DNA from: Oharaeibacter sp.
GTDB taxonomy: Bacteria; Pseudomonadota; Alphaproteobacteria; Rhizobiales; Pleomorphomonadaceae
NCBI GenBank assembly: GCA_051861205.1
Contig: JBHYDC010000010.1
Coordinates: forward strand, 65,979 to 89,978
Reading direction: 5' to 3'
Length of the DNA: 24,000 nucleotides
The notes beneath the pieces are model-generated. The model had not been told where the DNA came from. It saw only the letters and a program-made list of their open reading frames with translations, and searched no databases. The translations under genes were made by a program, and so were the position numbers. Position 1 is the first letter of the stretch; every line of letters starts with the position of its first letter. Of the stretch, positions 16,629 to 24,000 are shown one piece after another.

Positions 16629-17537
16629 ATGCGTTTCCCGGCAATCCTTGGCGCCGCTCTCGCCGCCACCCTCACAATCGGCGCAGCCCAAGCCGAGGCC
16701 GTCGTCGTCTCCTCCAAGATCGACACCGAAGGCGGCGTGCTCGGCAACATCATCCTCGCCGCGCTGTCGGCCAAGGGGGTTGCGGTGGAGGATCGGGTAC
16801 AACTCGGCGGCACCCCCGTCGTGCGCAAGGCGATCACCGGCGGCGAGATCGACATCTACCCCGAATACACCGGCAACGCCGCCTTCTTCTTCAACAAGGC
16901 CGACGATCCGATCTGGAAGGATGCCGCCAAGGCCTATGAGGAAGCCAAGAAGCTCGACTATGACGCTAACAAGATCGTCTGGCTCACGCCATCGCCCGCC
17001 AACAACACCTGGGCCATCGCGATCCGCAAGGAAGTCGCCGAGGCCAACAAGCTGAGCACGCTCACCGAATTCGGCGCCTGGGTCGCGGGCGGCGGTGAGG
17101 TGGTCCTCGCCGGTTCGGCCGAGTTCGTGAATTCCCCCGCCGCACTGCCCTCGTTCCAGTCCACCTACGGCTTCACGCTGAAGCCCGAGCAGCTCATCGT
17201 CCTCTCCGGCGGCGACACCGCAGCCACCATCAAGGCCGCCACCGACCAAACCAACGGCGCCAACGCCGCCATGGTCTACGGCACCGACGGCGGCATCGCC
17301 CCCTCCGGCCTCGTCGTCCTCACCGACGACAAAGGCGTCCAGCCGGTCTATCAGGCTACCCCTATCATCCGCGAGGAGGTGCTGAAGGCAAACCCTGAGA
17401 TCGCCGACATTCTCAAGCCCATCTTCGAGGCGCTCGACCTCGTGACGCTGCAGGAACTCAACGGCCGCGTGCAAGTGGGCGGCGAACCCGCGAAGGCGGT
17501 CGCGGAAGAGTATCTCAGGGGCAAGGGGTTCATCTGA
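16629..17537 (+). CDS. Glycine betaine/osmoprotectant-type ABC transporter substrate-binding protein (OpuAC/YehZ-like), orphan
   Basis: 302 aa with a signal peptide (MRFPAILGAALAATLTIGAAQA). GEIDIYPEYTGN and the domain order are typical of the OpuAC/ProX-like family. No cognate permease or ATPase is adjacent. Confidence 0.8.
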   Translation: MRFPAILGAALAATLTIGAAQAEAVVVSSKIDTEGGVLGNIILAALSAKGVAVEDRVQLGGTPVVRKAITGGEIDIYPEYTGNAAFFFNKADDPIWKDAAKAYEEAKKLDYDANKIVWLTPSPANNTWAIAIRKEVAEANKLSTLTEFGAWVAGGGEVVLAGSAEFVNSPAALPSFQSTYGFTLKPEQLIVLSGGDTAATIKAATDQTNGANAAMVYGTDGGIAPSGLVVLTDDKGVQPVYQATPIIREEVLKANPEIADILKPIFEALDLVTLQELNGRVQVGGEPAKAVAEEYLRGKGFI

Positions 17538-17571
17538 TCCGCACCAGCCGCCAAGTAACCCGCGTGCCTTC

Positions 17572-17720
17572 CCTTCTCCCCTTGTGGGAGAAGGTGCCGC
17601 GCGAGCGGCGGATGAGGGGTGGGTGGGGACGGGTGGGACGGATAAGGAGTGGCTCTGGAAGGAGCGGAGAGACACCTCCACCGTCGCTGCCGCGACACTT
17701 TCTCCCGAAAGGGGAGAAGG
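17572..17720. repeat. Intergenic palindromic repeat: two hairpin units in inverted orientation
   Basis: Hairpin 1 is CCTTCTCCC-CTTGT-GGGAGAAGG (17572-17594, 9 perfect bp). Hairpin 2 is CTTTCTCCC-GAAAG-GGGAGAAGG (17698-17720). The inner flanks 17595-17620 and 17672-17697 are imperfectly complementary (18 of 26 positions by hand alignment). Spurious ORFs across the region read like the ...SPxxGEG... pseudo-peptides I recall from alphaproteobacterial intergenic repeats. Confidence 0.65.
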
Positions 17721-17849
17721 AGGAACGTGGCGCACCGCCCAAGCCCGCCCCGTCTACCCATCCCCCTTCAACTTTCCCCTCCCGCTTTGCCCCAATCGGC
17801 GCTAAGGTCCGGCCGGATCGATAAGATCGACAAGAATTGGGGGGATCAC

Positions 17850-18773
17850 ATGGGTATGCGTTTGGGTCTCTTGGCCGCTGTGGCCATGGTTGCGTTCGGG
17901 TCTGCGGCGCAGGCGGCGGGTGAGCGGGTTGCGGTTGTCACGCCGTATCTTTCGGCCGTCGCCACCAAGCAGATGGTCGATGCGTTCCAGGCCGAAGCCG
18001 CGACTGCCGGTTGGACCGTGGACGTGGTGGACACCGCCGGCGACATGGGCGCCTTCGCCAGCCGCATCGAGGACGTGACCAGCTCCGGCGTCAACGCCAT
18101 CGTGCTCGTGTCGGTGGACCCGGCGCAGGTTCAGGGTCAGGTCGACAAGGCCAAGGCCGCGAACATCCCCGTCATCACCATCGACGGCGCCAAGAACGCC
18201 TCGACCGCGCTCAACGTCACCTCCGACAACTACGTCCTCGGCAAAACCATGTCGGAGTTCCTCCTGAAATCGATCGGCGGCAAGGGCGAGGTCGCGCGCC
18301 TGTTCCATTCGGCTCACCCCGGCGTGCGCCAGCGCGAGATCGCTTTTGACGACGTGCTGAAGGCAAACCCGGACGTGAAGCAGATCGGCGAACATTTCGT
18401 TCAGGTCCCGGGCCAGATCGAAGACGCGCAGAAGGCAATCGATTCCATCCTCCTCGCCAACCCGGGTGACGGCGCGATCGATGCGGTCTGGGCTGCCTGG
18501 GACGAGCCAGGCATCGGCGCCAACCTCGCTATCGAAGCAGCCGGCCGCAAGGGCATCGTGATCGCCGGCATCGACGGCAATCCCCAGGCGATCGAGCTGA
18601 TCAAGGGCTGCACGTCCTACATCGGCACCGTTCGCCAGGGCTTTGGCGACATGTCCAAAATCGCGGCCAAGGAACTCGGCGCGGTTCTCGCCGGCGGCGC
18701 CCCGTCGGCCACCGAACTCTATGCCCCGGTGGAGCTGATCACCCGCGAAAGCCTGGGCGTCACCTGCAACTGA
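17850..18773 (+). CDS. Sugar ABC transporter substrate-binding protein (periplasmic binding protein type I, RbsB-like)
   Basis: Start at ATG 17850 after GGGGAT. It has a signal peptide (MGMRLGLLAAVAMVAFGSAAQA). VAVVTPYLS...VNAIVLVSVDP...IPVITIDG is the ribose/xylose-binding-protein-like pattern. The ORF-track start at 17649 runs through the repeat region and is rejected. Confidence 0.85.
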   Translation: MGMRLGLLAAVAMVAFGSAAQAAGERVAVVTPYLSAVATKQMVDAFQAEAATAGWTVDVVDTAGDMGAFASRIEDVTSSGVNAIVLVSVDPAQVQGQVDKAKAANIPVITIDGAKNASTALNVTSDNYVLGKTMSEFLLKSIGGKGEVARLFHSAHPGVRQREIAFDDVLKANPDVKQIGEHFVQVPGQIEDAQKAIDSILLANPGDGAIDAVWAAWDEPGIGANLAIEAAGRKGIVIAGIDGNPQAIELIKGCTSYIGTVRQGFGDMSKIAAKELGAVLAGGAPSATELYAPVELITRESLGVTCN

Positions 18774-18778
18774 CATCC

Positions 18779-20278
18779 GTGCTCTCCGTCACCGGACTGA
18801 CCAAAGCTTTCGGCGAGACCCGCGCCCTCGGCGGTGTCGACCTCAAGGTCGGCGCCGGTGAGGTCGTGGGCCTCGTCGGCCATAATGGCGCGGGCAAATC
18901 CACGCTGATCAAATGCCTCGTCGGCGCCGAAATCCCGGATAGCGGTCTGATCGCGGTCGACGGCTGCGCTCAGACGTTCCGAGGCACCCAAGACGCGCGC
19001 GCGGCCGGCATCCGCGTCATCCACCAGGATCCGCAACTCGTTCCCGCCTTCAACGCCGTCGAGAACGCCTTCCTCGGCCTCGACCCGCCGACCCGCTTCA
19101 CCCTCGTTGACACCGCCGCCATGCGCCGCCGCGTGAGCGCGCTCGCCCGCGATTTCGCGCCGGGCCTGCCGCTCGGCATTCCCGCCGCCGAACTTCCCGC
19201 CGCCATGCGCCAACTCGTCGCGATCTTGCGCGCCCTCAGCGATCGCGGCCGCATCCTCATCCTCGACGAACCCACCGCCGCGCTGTCCGCCGAGGAGGCC
19301 GACCGCCTGATCGCCGCCGTGCACCGCCTTCGGGGGGAGGGGCTCGGCATCCTCTACGTCAGCCACCGGCTCGGCGAAGTCCTTGATATAGCCGACCGCG
19401 TTGTCGTGATGCGCGACGGCCTCGTCACCGCCGAGCGCCCCACCGCCGGCCTCACGACGGATGACCTCGTGCGCCTCATGGTCGGCGACGCCGCACCCCC
19501 CATCCCTGCCGAAACCAGCACCCCCGGCCCCGCCGTTCTCTCGCTCCAATCCGTCGTCATGCGCCCCGGCACGCCGCCGATTTCGCTCGACGCACGGGCA
19601 GGGGAGATCACCGTGCTCTACGGCCTCGTCGGCTCCGGCCGCTCACGCCTTCTGCACACGATCTGGGGCGCGCGCGCCCACGCCGCGGGAATCATGACGC
19701 TGCAATCGCGGCCCTACCGTCCGAACACCCCCGCCGACGCCATCCATGCCGGCCTTGCCTTCGTGCCGGATGACCGCCGCCGCAACGCCCTCGTCGGCGA
19801 TCTGCCGCTCGTCGCCAACCTCACGCTCCCGCGTCTCTCCGACTTCACGCGCGGCCCGTTGATCGACACCGCGCGCGAGGCCAAAGCCTTCGTCTCCGCC
19901 GCAAGCCGTCTTCGAATCGTCCACCGCTCGGCGGAGCAGGGCGCTCTCACCCTGTCCGGCGGCAACCAGCAAAAGCTCGTCTTCGCACGCTGGACTGACC
20001 GTGTCCCGACGCTGCTCTTGCTCGACGAGCCCACCGAGGGCGTCGACGCCCGCTCGAAGTCGGAGATCCACGGCATCATCCGCGAAACCGCCGCCTCCGG
20101 CGCCGCCGTCCTCGTCGCCACCTCCGACCGCGACGAGGCCCTCGCGCTCGGCGATCGCATCCTCGTCATGCGTGAAGGTGCCATCGTCGACCGTATTTCG
20201 CGCGCTGAGGCAACGCCCGCGCGCGTCACCGCCAGCGCCCATCACGAACCCGGAAAAGTAGCCAGAAACGCCCGATGA
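18779..20278 (+). CDS. Sugar ABC transporter ATP-binding protein (duplicated ABC domains, RbsA-like)
   Basis: 499 aa with a GTG start 5 nt after the binding-protein stop. Walker A is GHNGAGKST in domain 1 and GLVGSGRS in domain 2. It also has LSGGNQQK and LLLDEPT motifs. Confidence 0.9.
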   Translation: MLSVTGLTKAFGETRALGGVDLKVGAGEVVGLVGHNGAGKSTLIKCLVGAEIPDSGLIAVDGCAQTFRGTQDARAAGIRVIHQDPQLVPAFNAVENAFLGLDPPTRFTLVDTAAMRRRVSALARDFAPGLPLGIPAAELPAAMRQLVAILRALSDRGRILILDEPTAALSAEEADRLIAAVHRLRGEGLGILYVSHRLGEVLDIADRVVVMRDGLVTAERPTAGLTTDDLVRLMVGDAAPPIPAETSTPGPAVLSLQSVVMRPGTPPISLDARAGEITVLYGLVGSGRSRLLHTIWGARAHAAGIMTLQSRPYRPNTPADAIHAGLAFVPDDRRRNALVGDLPLVANLTLPRLSDFTRGPLIDTAREAKAFVSAASRLRIVHRSAEQGALTLSGGNQQKLVFARWTDRVPTLLLLDEPTEGVDARSKSEIHGIIRETAASGAAVLVATSDRDEALALGDRILVMREGAIVDRISRAEATPARVTASAHHEPGKVARNAR

Positions 20279-21210
20279 CCCGCGCCCCTCTCCACCGCTA
20301 CGGCACGCTTCTCGCGTTCGCCGTCATCTGCGCCGGCTTCGCCGTGGCCTCACCGGGCGCCTTCGCATCGGGCGCGAATGTGCTGAACCTCCTCCAGCAA
20401 CTCACCACGCTGGCCATCGTCGCCGTGGCCGCAACCATCGTGATGATCGCGGGCGAGTTCGATCTTTCCGTCGGCTTCACCGCCTCGCTGTCCGCCGTGA
20501 TCTGCTTCGCGTTGTTCGGCGCGGGTGTCGCCGTCCCGGTCGCGATCGCCCTTGCGCTCACGGCTGGCCTCATCGCGGGCCTCGCCAACGGCATCCTGGT
20601 CGCGCGGTTTGAGGTCCCGTCCTTTGTCGCCACGCTCGCCGTCGGCACCATCCTGTCCGGCCTGGCCTATTGGGCGTCCGGCGGATCCAGCCTGTTTTCC
20701 GGCGTGCCGGACAGCTTCAAGGCGCTTGGGCGTGGCACGCTTCTCGGCATCCCCGTCCTTGCCTATTGGATGGCCGGCGTCATGCTCCTGGCCGCCGTCG
20801 TGCTCGCGCGCAGCCCCTTCGGCCGCCGTCTCCACGCCATCGGCGGCAACCGTGAGGCGGCGCGTCTCGCCGGTCTACCGGTCCGCCGCGACCGCATCGC
20901 CGCCTTCGCGATCGCTGGATTGCTCGCCGCGCTCGCCGGCCTGCTGCTCGCCGCCCGCCTCGGCAGCGTCCAGCATACGATGGGCGAGGCGATGCTGCTG
21001 CCCGCCTACGCCGCCGTTTTCCTCGGCACCACCACCTCGCGCACCGGCACGCCGAACATTCCCGGCACGTTGCTCGGCGTCGCCATCGCGGGCGTGGTCG
21101 CCAACGGGCTGACAATTCTGGGCGCTGAAACCTATGTTCAGCGCATGGTCACCGGCGGCGTCATCATCGCCGCCGTCCTCACCCGCCAACTCGGCAAGAG
21201 CACGCGATGA
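20275..21210 (+). CDS. Sugar ABC transporter permease (RbsC/AraH-like)
   Basis: 311 aa, hydrophobic and multi-pass. It has an ATGA overlap with the ATPase gene. The conserved RLHAIGGNREAARLAGLPV loop is typical of this permease family. Confidence 0.88.
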   Translation: MTRAPLHRYGTLLAFAVICAGFAVASPGAFASGANVLNLLQQLTTLAIVAVAATIVMIAGEFDLSVGFTASLSAVICFALFGAGVAVPVAIALALTAGLIAGLANGILVARFEVPSFVATLAVGTILSGLAYWASGGSSLFSGVPDSFKALGRGTLLGIPVLAYWMAGVMLLAAVVLARSPFGRRLHAIGGNREAARLAGLPVRRDRIAAFAIAGLLAALAGLLLAARLGSVQHTMGEAMLLPAYAAVFLGTTTSRTGTPNIPGTLLGVAIAGVVANGLTILGAETYVQRMVTGGVIIAAVLTRQLGKSTR

Positions 21211-22646
21211 GCGGCATTCTGATCCTCGACGTCGGCACAAGCGCCCTCAAAGCCGTCCTGTTCAACCCGAACGGCACCGTCGCCGCCTCCGCCGATGCCG
21301 GATACGGCGAACCGCTCGCCCCCCATCGCCAGGATCCGAACGCGTGGTGGCGCGCGGCATGCGACGCTGTCCGCGCGCTCGGCCCGATCCAGCCGAACGC
21401 CATCGGCCTGTCCGGCACCATGGAAAACCTGATCCCGGTGGACGGGGAGGGCGCCCCGGTCGGCCCTGCCATCCTCTATTCGGACCCCTGCGGCGCCCCC
21501 TATCTCGCCCGCGCCGCAGGCAACCTCGCCGCCATAGACGCACCGCGCCTTCTCGGCAATCCGCCCGAGCCGCTGATGTCCGCGTTCAAGCTGCAATGGC
21601 TCGCCGATCACGACCCCGCCGTCCACGCCGCCGCCCGCTGGTTCTTGTTATCCGCGAAAGACGCGCTCGCGCTGCGCATGACCGGCGTCGCCGCCACCGA
21701 CCCGATTTCGGCCTCCACCTCCGGCCTCATGGGTATGCGCACCCGCGACTGGTCGCCGACGCTCTTCGCCGCGCTTGCCATCGAACAAAGCCGGCTGCCG
21801 CCGATCCGCCCGTCCGGCGCCATCCTCGGCCCGCTCAGCGCACAAGCCGCCGCTGAACTCGGCCTGCCGCAGGGTCTTCCCGTCATCAACGGCTGCGGCG
21901 ATGCCGGCGCCACCACCGTCGGCTCGGCCTGCGCGGAGGAGGGCGACGTCAGCTTGTATTTGGGCACCTCCGGCTGGGTCGCCCGCGTCGTATCCGACGC
22001 CCGCATCGCCGAGCCCCGGCCCGTCTATCGTCTCGCTCACCCGGCGGACGGCCTCACGATCGAGATCACGCCCATCCTCTCCGCCGGCGCCGCCACGGCC
22101 TGGGCCCGCGCCACGCTCTCGCTGGACACGGCTGCCGCCGAAGCTCTCCTCGCGGAAGCCGATCGCAACCCGCCGGACCTCGTGTTCCTGCCGTATCTCA
22201 TCGGCGAGCGATCGCCCTTTGCCGATCCCGATGTGCGCGGCGCCTTCATCGGCCTTTCCGCCGACCACGGCCCCGCCGCGCTCTATTATGCCGTGCTTGA
22301 AGGCGTATCCTTCGCCATCGCCGCCAATCTCGCAGACCTCGCCAGCGAGCCCAACCTGCGCATCCGCCTCGCCGGCGGCGGCGCCACAAGCCGCCTCTGG
22401 CCGCAAATCCTAGCCGACATTCTCGGCCGCCCCGTCGGCGTCCCCGCCGACCCCGCGCTCGCCACCGCCCACGGCGCCTTCAGCATCGCCGCCACCGCCC
22501 TCGGCTGGCCAGACCACGCCCAAAGCGCCGTAACCCTCATCACGCCGCGCCCAGACCGCCAACCCCGCGCCAACCACCTATCCACCATCTTCCAACACGC
22601 CACCACCTTCGCCCGAAGCGTCGGACAGCGCCTGTCGGCGCGCTGA
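21207..22646 (+). CDS. FGGY-family carbohydrate kinase (xylulokinase-like), substrate unknown
   Basis: 479 aa with an ATGA overlap with the permease gene. The N-terminal ILILDVGTSALKAVLF (actin-fold phosphate-1 motif), GDAGATTVG and LAGGGATSRLWPQILADILGRPV are typical FGGY motifs. Confidence 0.85.
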   Translation: MSGILILDVGTSALKAVLFNPNGTVAASADAGYGEPLAPHRQDPNAWWRAACDAVRALGPIQPNAIGLSGTMENLIPVDGEGAPVGPAILYSDPCGAPYLARAAGNLAAIDAPRLLGNPPEPLMSAFKLQWLADHDPAVHAAARWFLLSAKDALALRMTGVAATDPISASTSGLMGMRTRDWSPTLFAALAIEQSRLPPIRPSGAILGPLSAQAAAELGLPQGLPVINGCGDAGATTVGSACAEEGDVSLYLGTSGWVARVVSDARIAEPRPVYRLAHPADGLTIEITPILSAGAATAWARATLSLDTAAAEALLAEADRNPPDLVFLPYLIGERSPFADPDVRGAFIGLSADHGPAALYYAVLEGVSFAIAANLADLASEPNLRIRLAGGGATSRLWPQILADILGRPVGVPADPALATAHGAFSIAATALGWPDHAQSAVTLITPRPDRQPRANHLSTIFQHATTFARSVGQRLSAR

Positions 22647-22861
22647 AACCGCGTCGTTGAGCCAAGCTCACCCGTTGCAAATGAAATAGGGGGCGGCGCA
22701 TGCCAATAGTCCGTTCCGCTAGGCCGCCCAATCCATCGGCACGCTGCATCCCATGCTGTGCCGAGACAAGACGAGCCTAGTCAACGCACCTCCATCAAGC
22801 GCCCCGTAGATGCGATTCGCATAAGGAAGATTATGGAACTTATGTATATCCCATAATCCAG

Positions 22862-23431
22862 TTATTCGCCCCCATCTCCCGCCAGTTCCGCCTCAGCCGT
22901 CTCCCGGTCCATCCCCACCACCCTCCGGGCATCGCCCAGCGAGAACCCGTTGCGGCACAGCGCGGCCAGATCGCGGCGGTCGGCTTCTCGCACGTCGGCC
23001 GGCACGCGATTGCGCCACGGACCCAGCCGTTTGCGGCGTGCGAACAGCAGCGCTGCGGTGCGATCGTCGGTGTCGTCGCCGGTCAGCGCGGCCGTCGTGG
23101 TCTCGCGGTCGACGCCTTTGGCGGAGAGCTTGGCGGCGATCTTGGCGGCGGACAAACCCTTGCGCCGGCTTGATGATACCTTCGATGCCGCGAACGCCTG
23201 ATCGTCCACCACGCCCAGCGTCCGGCAATCCTCCAGCACCGCCGCAATCGCCTCCGCCGCTTGCTCCGGATCGATCGTGGTCCCGTCCAGGCTCGCCCAG
23301 CGCTTCAGCTTGCGCGCCAAAATCCGAGACAAATGCGCCTCCGACGCCGAATAGCGCTGGAGATAATGCCACGCCGCGCGGCGCAGTCGGTCGCGGTTCG
23401 GCGGCACGGAGGGTGAGTCGAACTCGGTCAT
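22862..23431 (-). CDS. recX: RecX-family regulatory protein
   Basis: Start at ATG 23431 (MTEFDS...); the ORF-track start at 23500 is a TTG. It shows a repeated three-helix pattern: AAWHYLQRYSASEAHLSRIL, IAAVLEDCRTLGVVDDQAFA, GLSAAKIAAKLSAKGVDRE. Confidence 0.7.
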   Translation of the reverse strand: MTEFDSPSVPPNRDRLRRAAWHYLQRYSASEAHLSRILARKLKRWASLDGTTIDPEQAAEAIAAVLEDCRTLGVVDDQAFAASKVSSSRRKGLSAAKIAAKLSAKGVDRETTTAALTGDDTDDRTAALLFARRKRLGPWRNRVPADVREADRRDLAALCRNGFSLGDARRVVGMDRETAEAELAGDGGE

Positions 23432-23588
23432 CGCATCGTTGCACCATGGGTGCCCGCCACCGTCAACCGGCGGCGGAAACGGGGCAGCTTGCAAAGACAA
23501 GTCCTTGCACTCACATTGGTTTCAGCCTCAGAATCTCGAAATCCGGTGCGCCTAAATCCCGGAAACTCAAGATTTACAAGGCAAACAG

Positions 23589-23616
23589 TTGACTCCAGTT
23601 ACCTTGCCCCTATCTT
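23589..23616 (+). promoter_or_regulatory. Sigma70-like promoter for the metal transporter gene
   Basis: TTGACT (23589-23594), a 16-nt spacer, then TATCTT (23611-23616). It lies 36 nt upstream of ATG 23652. Confidence 0.5.
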
Positions 23617-23620
23617 AGAA

Positions 23621-23635
23621 TGCAAATCATTCGCA
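23621..23635. promoter_or_regulatory. Fur-family (Mur-like) 7-1-7 operator candidate
   Basis: TGCAAAT-C-ATTCGCA has one mismatch from a perfect 7-1-7 palindrome. It is followed by ATTGCA (23636-23641) and sits immediately downstream of the -10 element, before a SitA/TroA-type gene. Confidence 0.5.
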
Positions 23636-23651
23636 ATTGCAGCCCCTCGCC

Positions 23652-24000
23652 ATGGTCGAACTCAGCCGACGAGACCTCCTAGCCGCCCTCGGCGCGCTTG
23701 CCTTCATGGGCGGTTCCGGCCTGTCATCCGCCGTTGCCGCCGCGCCCGGCGTCGCCGGATCAGACCTCTCGCTTGTCGCCACCACCGGCATGCTGGCCGA
23801 TGCCGTTCGCACCGTGGGCGGGCCGCGCGTCGCCGTCACCGCCCTCATGGGCCAGGGCGTGGACCCGCACGCCTACCGCCAAACCCGGTCCGATATTGCC
23901 GCCATGGTCCGAGCCGACGCGGTTTTCGCTCACGGGCTCTATCTCGAAGCCCAGCTTGAAGACTTCCTCATGCGCGTCGGCGAGAAGAAGCCGGCTCGCT
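23652..24000 (+). CDS. Metal (Mn/Zn/Fe) ABC transporter substrate-binding protein, TroA/SitA/ZnuA family (5' part, runs off the window)
   Basis: My own translation from ATG 23652: MVELSRRDLLAALGALAFMGG... (Tat-like RRDLL signal), then LVATTGMLADAVRTVGGPRVAVTALMGQGVDPHAYRQTRSDIAAMVRADAVFAHGLYLE, which is typical of cluster A-I metal-binding proteins. It is absent from the ORF track because it is truncated by the window end. Confidence 0.8.
   Translation, partial: MVELSRRDLLAALGALAFMGGSGLSSAVAAAPGVAGSDLSLVATTGMLADAVRTVGGPRVAVTALMGQGVDPHAYRQTRSDIAAMVRADAVFAHGLYLEAQLEDFLMRVGEKKPAR

Noticed and set aside
16344-17735. 463-aa ORF on the minus strand
   Set aside because: It is antisense to the OpuAC-type binding-protein gene and runs through the intergenic repeat. 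Its ...SPTRGEGK...-type N-terminus is a repeat-derived pseudo-peptide.
17802-18776. 324-aa ORF on the minus strand
   Set aside because: It is antisense to the sugar-binding protein gene. It has no motifs and shadow-frame composition.
23489-23509. TTGCAA-N10-CTTGCA as a second Mur-like site
   Set aside because: The spacing and symmetry do not fit the 7-1-7 layout. It lies in the recX upstream region and rests on only a 5-bp arm match.
1-24000. CRISPR arrays, insertion sequences, integrases, prophage or defence-system genes
   Set aside because: There are no regularly spaced direct repeats and no transposase-, integrase- or nuclease-like ORFs. Every long ORF is accounted for by a metabolic, transport or housekeeping family or is a shadow frame.

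Overview
High-GC, densely coding chromosomal segment that looks alphaproteobacterial (Rhizobiales-like). It is mostly cofactor and small-molecule metabolism, not an obvious accessory island. All identifications come from reading the translations by eye; no searches were run.

Gene order, left to right:
- a LysR-family regulator
- a higB/higA toxin-antitoxin module whose toxin is split by a frameshift inside a C10 run, preceded by two copies of a 17-bp palindrome
- a lysine-catabolic operon: ALDH7-type aminoadipate-semialdehyde dehydrogenase (amaB-like), glutaryl-CoA dehydrogenase (gcdH) and a HAD hydrolase
- a small orphan gene
- two tandem YsnF/DUF2382 stress genes behind a textbook EcfG promoter (GGAAC-N16-CGTT)
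- cobalamin late-step genes: threonine-phosphate decarboxylase and cobinamide-phosphate synthase arranged head-to-head with overlapping start codons, then cobQ and cobO
- a translationally coupled biotin operon bioB-bioF-bioD-bioA-bioZ on the same strand, running straight into cobO-cobQ
- an orphan OpuAC-type binding protein
- a palindromic intergenic repeat with G-run and C-run tracts
- a sugar ABC transporter (binding protein, ATPase, permease) coupled to an FGGY kinase
- recX
- the 5' end of a TroA/SitA-type metal-binding protein, preceded by a sigma70-like promoter and a Fur/Mur-like 7-1-7 box

I saw no rRNA, intact tRNA, CRISPR array, transposase or integrase.

Points most worth a second look:
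- the BioZ-type biotin route sitting near the glutaryl-CoA supply and drain genes
- the biotin-to-cobalamin gene string with no room for a riboswitch
- a tRNA 3'-half-like fragment in the only sizeable gap of the bio operon
- the homopolymer-split higB
- two terminator-like motifs in the bioB/binding-protein intergenic region
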